Assembly (NCBI GenBank): GCA_030390025.1
Contig: CM059431.1
Location: 109,804,001 to 109,868,000 of the forward strand
Reading direction: 5' to 3'
Length of the DNA: 64,000 nucleotides
Origin: Squalus acanthias
Taxonomy: Eukaryota
Part shown: piece after piece, positions 61,337 through 64,000 of the stretch
Layout of the letters: each line of letters starts with the position of its first letter
How positions within the stretch are numbered: the first letter of the stretch is position 1
The notes under the pieces: model-generated
What the model was told of the DNA's origin: nothing
The model's database searches: none
Seen by the model: only the letters and a program-made list of their open reading frames with translations
Program-made: the position numbers and the translations under genes

Positions 61337-64000
61337 ATGGAAAACATCCTTAAACCATCGCGTCTTGACTTGGACCCAAACACCCCAGCAGCCGGTAAGG
61401 TGTGGAAACACTAGTATCGCACGTTTGACAATTTTCTCGAATATTGCAAGGCTGATGATGACACAAAGTTGCGGATACTCATCAACTGTGTCACTCCGAA
61501 TGTATTTCAGTACGTTGAGGAATGGGGCAGTTACGAGGAGGCAATTCGGACGCTTAAAAGACTATATACTAAGACACCGAATGAGGTCTATGCCAGACAT
61601 CTACTAGCTACAGCCCAACAAGGGCCGGAGGAATCCATTGATAAATTCCTCCAAGAGCTTCGCAGACTTAGTATGGACTGTAACTTTCAGGCGGCCTCAG
61701 CTGAGCTGTACCGTGAAGAAATGATCCGTGATGCTTTCATCTGCGGGCTTGCCTCCCCATTTATACGCCAGCGTCTACTGGAAAGTAAGACACTTGAGCT
61801 TCAGAGAGCTTATGACATGGCTTGCTCTCTAGATCTGGCAAAAAGAAATGCAGACCTTTATACAGTGCCCAGACCTCGGTCTGCTGCCTTAACTACAGTC
61901 AGGCAATTTAAGAGGCCACAGGTGAACTCTATTAGGGAGGACTTTATCCCTGACGATCAATCTGATGACTTCACTGATGAAGAGGATGATGACCCCACTG
62001 TGGCAGCCTCTTGGCAATCTAAGAAATGCTTCTTTTGTGGTGATGAGTTTCACCCTCGGAAATTCTGCCCTGCTCGCAATGCGTTTTGCAGTCATTGCAA
62101 CAAAAAGGGTCATTTTGCAAAGGTTTGCCTATCAAGAGCCTCTACGAGGGCTTATCAAGCTAAGTCCTACCGAACTGCCCCGGTAAGGGCCTATCAAGAT
62201 GTTCCGGCTAAAATCTATCGTGCTTCCTCTCGGGTTTTCTCTCGAAGAAACACACCTAGAGTTTCAGCCACTCTTTGTGCAACGACACCAATTACAGCTG
62301 CTTGTCCTCAGAACCTATTCCATGCAGCTACAAAAGCATCAATTAATGGACATACTTTAGATGCCTTAATTGACTCAGGTAGCACTGATAGTTTCATTAG
62401 GGAACAGATTGTTGCAGAGTTAAAGCTACATGTTTTCCCATCGGACCAGGCAATTGCGATGGCTCAGTCATCACTTAATACCAGAATTTCTGGCTTTTGT
62501 ATGGTTGAAATAACACTTAATGGTCGCAGGTATCCCTCCACCCGGCTTTCGGTGCTCAAGGACTTATGTAGTGATCTTATCTTAGGGCTGGATTTTCAAA
62601 AGCAGCATAAGAAACTCACCATTGAGTTCGGCGGATCCAAACCTGAACTCACTATTTCTAATATACGACCTCGATTACCGTTCTGTGCATTGTCAGCAGC
62701 TTCACTGGATGAACCCTCACTGTTTACCAGTATCCCTCCTCGATGCAAACCGATTATAACAAAGTCACGACGTTTCAGTCAGGAAGACCAGTCTTTTATT
62801 GCGGCTGAGATTTCTCGGCTTTTAGCAGAGGATATCATCGAGCCTTGTTCGTCGCCATGGCGCGCCCAGGTCGTTATTGTTAAGAACCCTCTACAACCTC
62901 ACAAGAAACGGCTGTGCATTGACTATTCACAGACCATCAATCAATATACGGACTTGGACGCATACCCATTGCCGCGCATCGATGATATGGTTAATAAACT
63001 GGCTGAGTACACGGTGTTCTCAACATATGATCTGAAAAGTGCCTATCATCAGGTACCCTTGAAGGTCTCAGACAAGCAGTATACGGCCTTTGAAGCCAAT
63101 GGACGGCTGTATCAATTTCGTCGCCTCCCCTTTGGGGTCACTAATGGAGTGGCTGTCTTCCAGCGAGCAATGGATGACCTGGTCAAACAGGAAGACTTGA
63201 AGGATACGTTTCCTTATCTGGACAATATTACTGTCACAGGTCGCAATCAGCGGGAACATGACGCCAATCTCCAATGATTTTGGGATGCACTCCAGCACCG
63301 TAATTTGACATTAAATGCGGCTAAATCCATTGAGTCACAACCAACCATCAACATCCTTGGCTATTGTGTGGGCAATGGCATCATTAAACCTGACCCTGAA
63401 AGGCTTCGCCCACTCCAAGAGCTCCCGCCACCTAAGAATCCGGCCTCCTTGCGCCGGGCCCTCGGCCTGTTTGCATACTATGCTAAATGGATTCCTAACT
63501 TCTCGGACCGAATCCAACCTCTACTGAAGGCCAGCACATTCCCACTAGACACAGCGGCTGTTGCAGCCTTTAACCTCCTGAAAAAACAGTTGGAGAAAGC
63601 GGCTCTTCACTCCATCGATGAGAGTCTTCCTTTTGTTGTTGAGTGTGATGCCTCGGAGGTGGCGATCTCGGCCACTCTGAATCAGGAAGGTCGTCCGGTG
63701 GCATTTTTGTCCAGGACTTTTCAAGGGGCTGAGCTACATTATCCTCCAGTCGAGAAAGAAGCTACAGCCATCATAGAGGCAGTACGGAAGTGGACTCATC
63801 TCCTAGCTCGCCAGCACTTTACCTTAATCACGGACCAGCGATCGGTCGCCTTCATGCTCGATAATCGAAAACGGACCAAAATTAAAAATAATAAAATCCA
63901 GCTTTGGCGGCTGGAATTGGCCTCTTTTGGTTACACCATCCACTATCGACCTGGCAAGGAGAATGTGGCTCCGGATACCCTCACACGAGCATTCTGCTCC
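61337..64000 (+). pseudogene. Ty3/Gypsy gag-pol in one frame (Gag with two CCHC knuckles, protease, RT, RNase H); two nonsense codons; runs off the window
   Basis: ATG 61337; CFFCGDEFHPRKFC and CSHCNKKGHFAKVC; LIDSGS; RLCIDY, YDLKSAYHQ, LPFGVTNG, YLDN; ECDAS...EKEA...TDQ; stops TAG 61412-61414 and TGA 63275-63277. Confidence 0.93.

Noticed and set aside
1..64000. CRISPR arrays, rRNA genes or prokaryotic operons
   Set aside because: No repeat-spacer arrays or rRNA-like sequence; the window is vertebrate repeat-rich DNA

Overview
Repeat-dense vertebrate DNA, most likely from a cartilaginous fish (inferred from SacSINE1/DeuSINE-type SINEs and the CR1, L2 and Penelope repeat types). No host protein-coding gene can be recognised; every convincing ORF belongs to a transposable element. 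Main contents: (1) a full-length two-gene PIF/Harbinger transposon (46774-53302) with a DDE transposase and a convergent, intron-containing Myb/SANT gene that is hit by a MITE and a solo LTR; (2) an older Harbinger Myb relic and about ten Harbinger-type MITEs with 3-bp TSDs; (3) a single-ORF APE-RT LINE whose 5' end is a tRNA-like Pol III head, plus its SINE-sized deletion derivative; (4) Penelope ends carrying minimal hammerhead ribozyme motifs; (5) three solo LTRs, two of which share a T-loop/B-box RNA structure at the U5 end; (6) the 5' part of a Gypsy element with no tRNA primer-binding site but an 11-nt self-complementary match suggesting Tf1-like self-priming; (7) a 140-bp near-perfect palindrome, an LF-SINE-like relic and many CR1/L2/SINE fragments. 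All calls were made by eye, and boundaries of old repeats are approximate.
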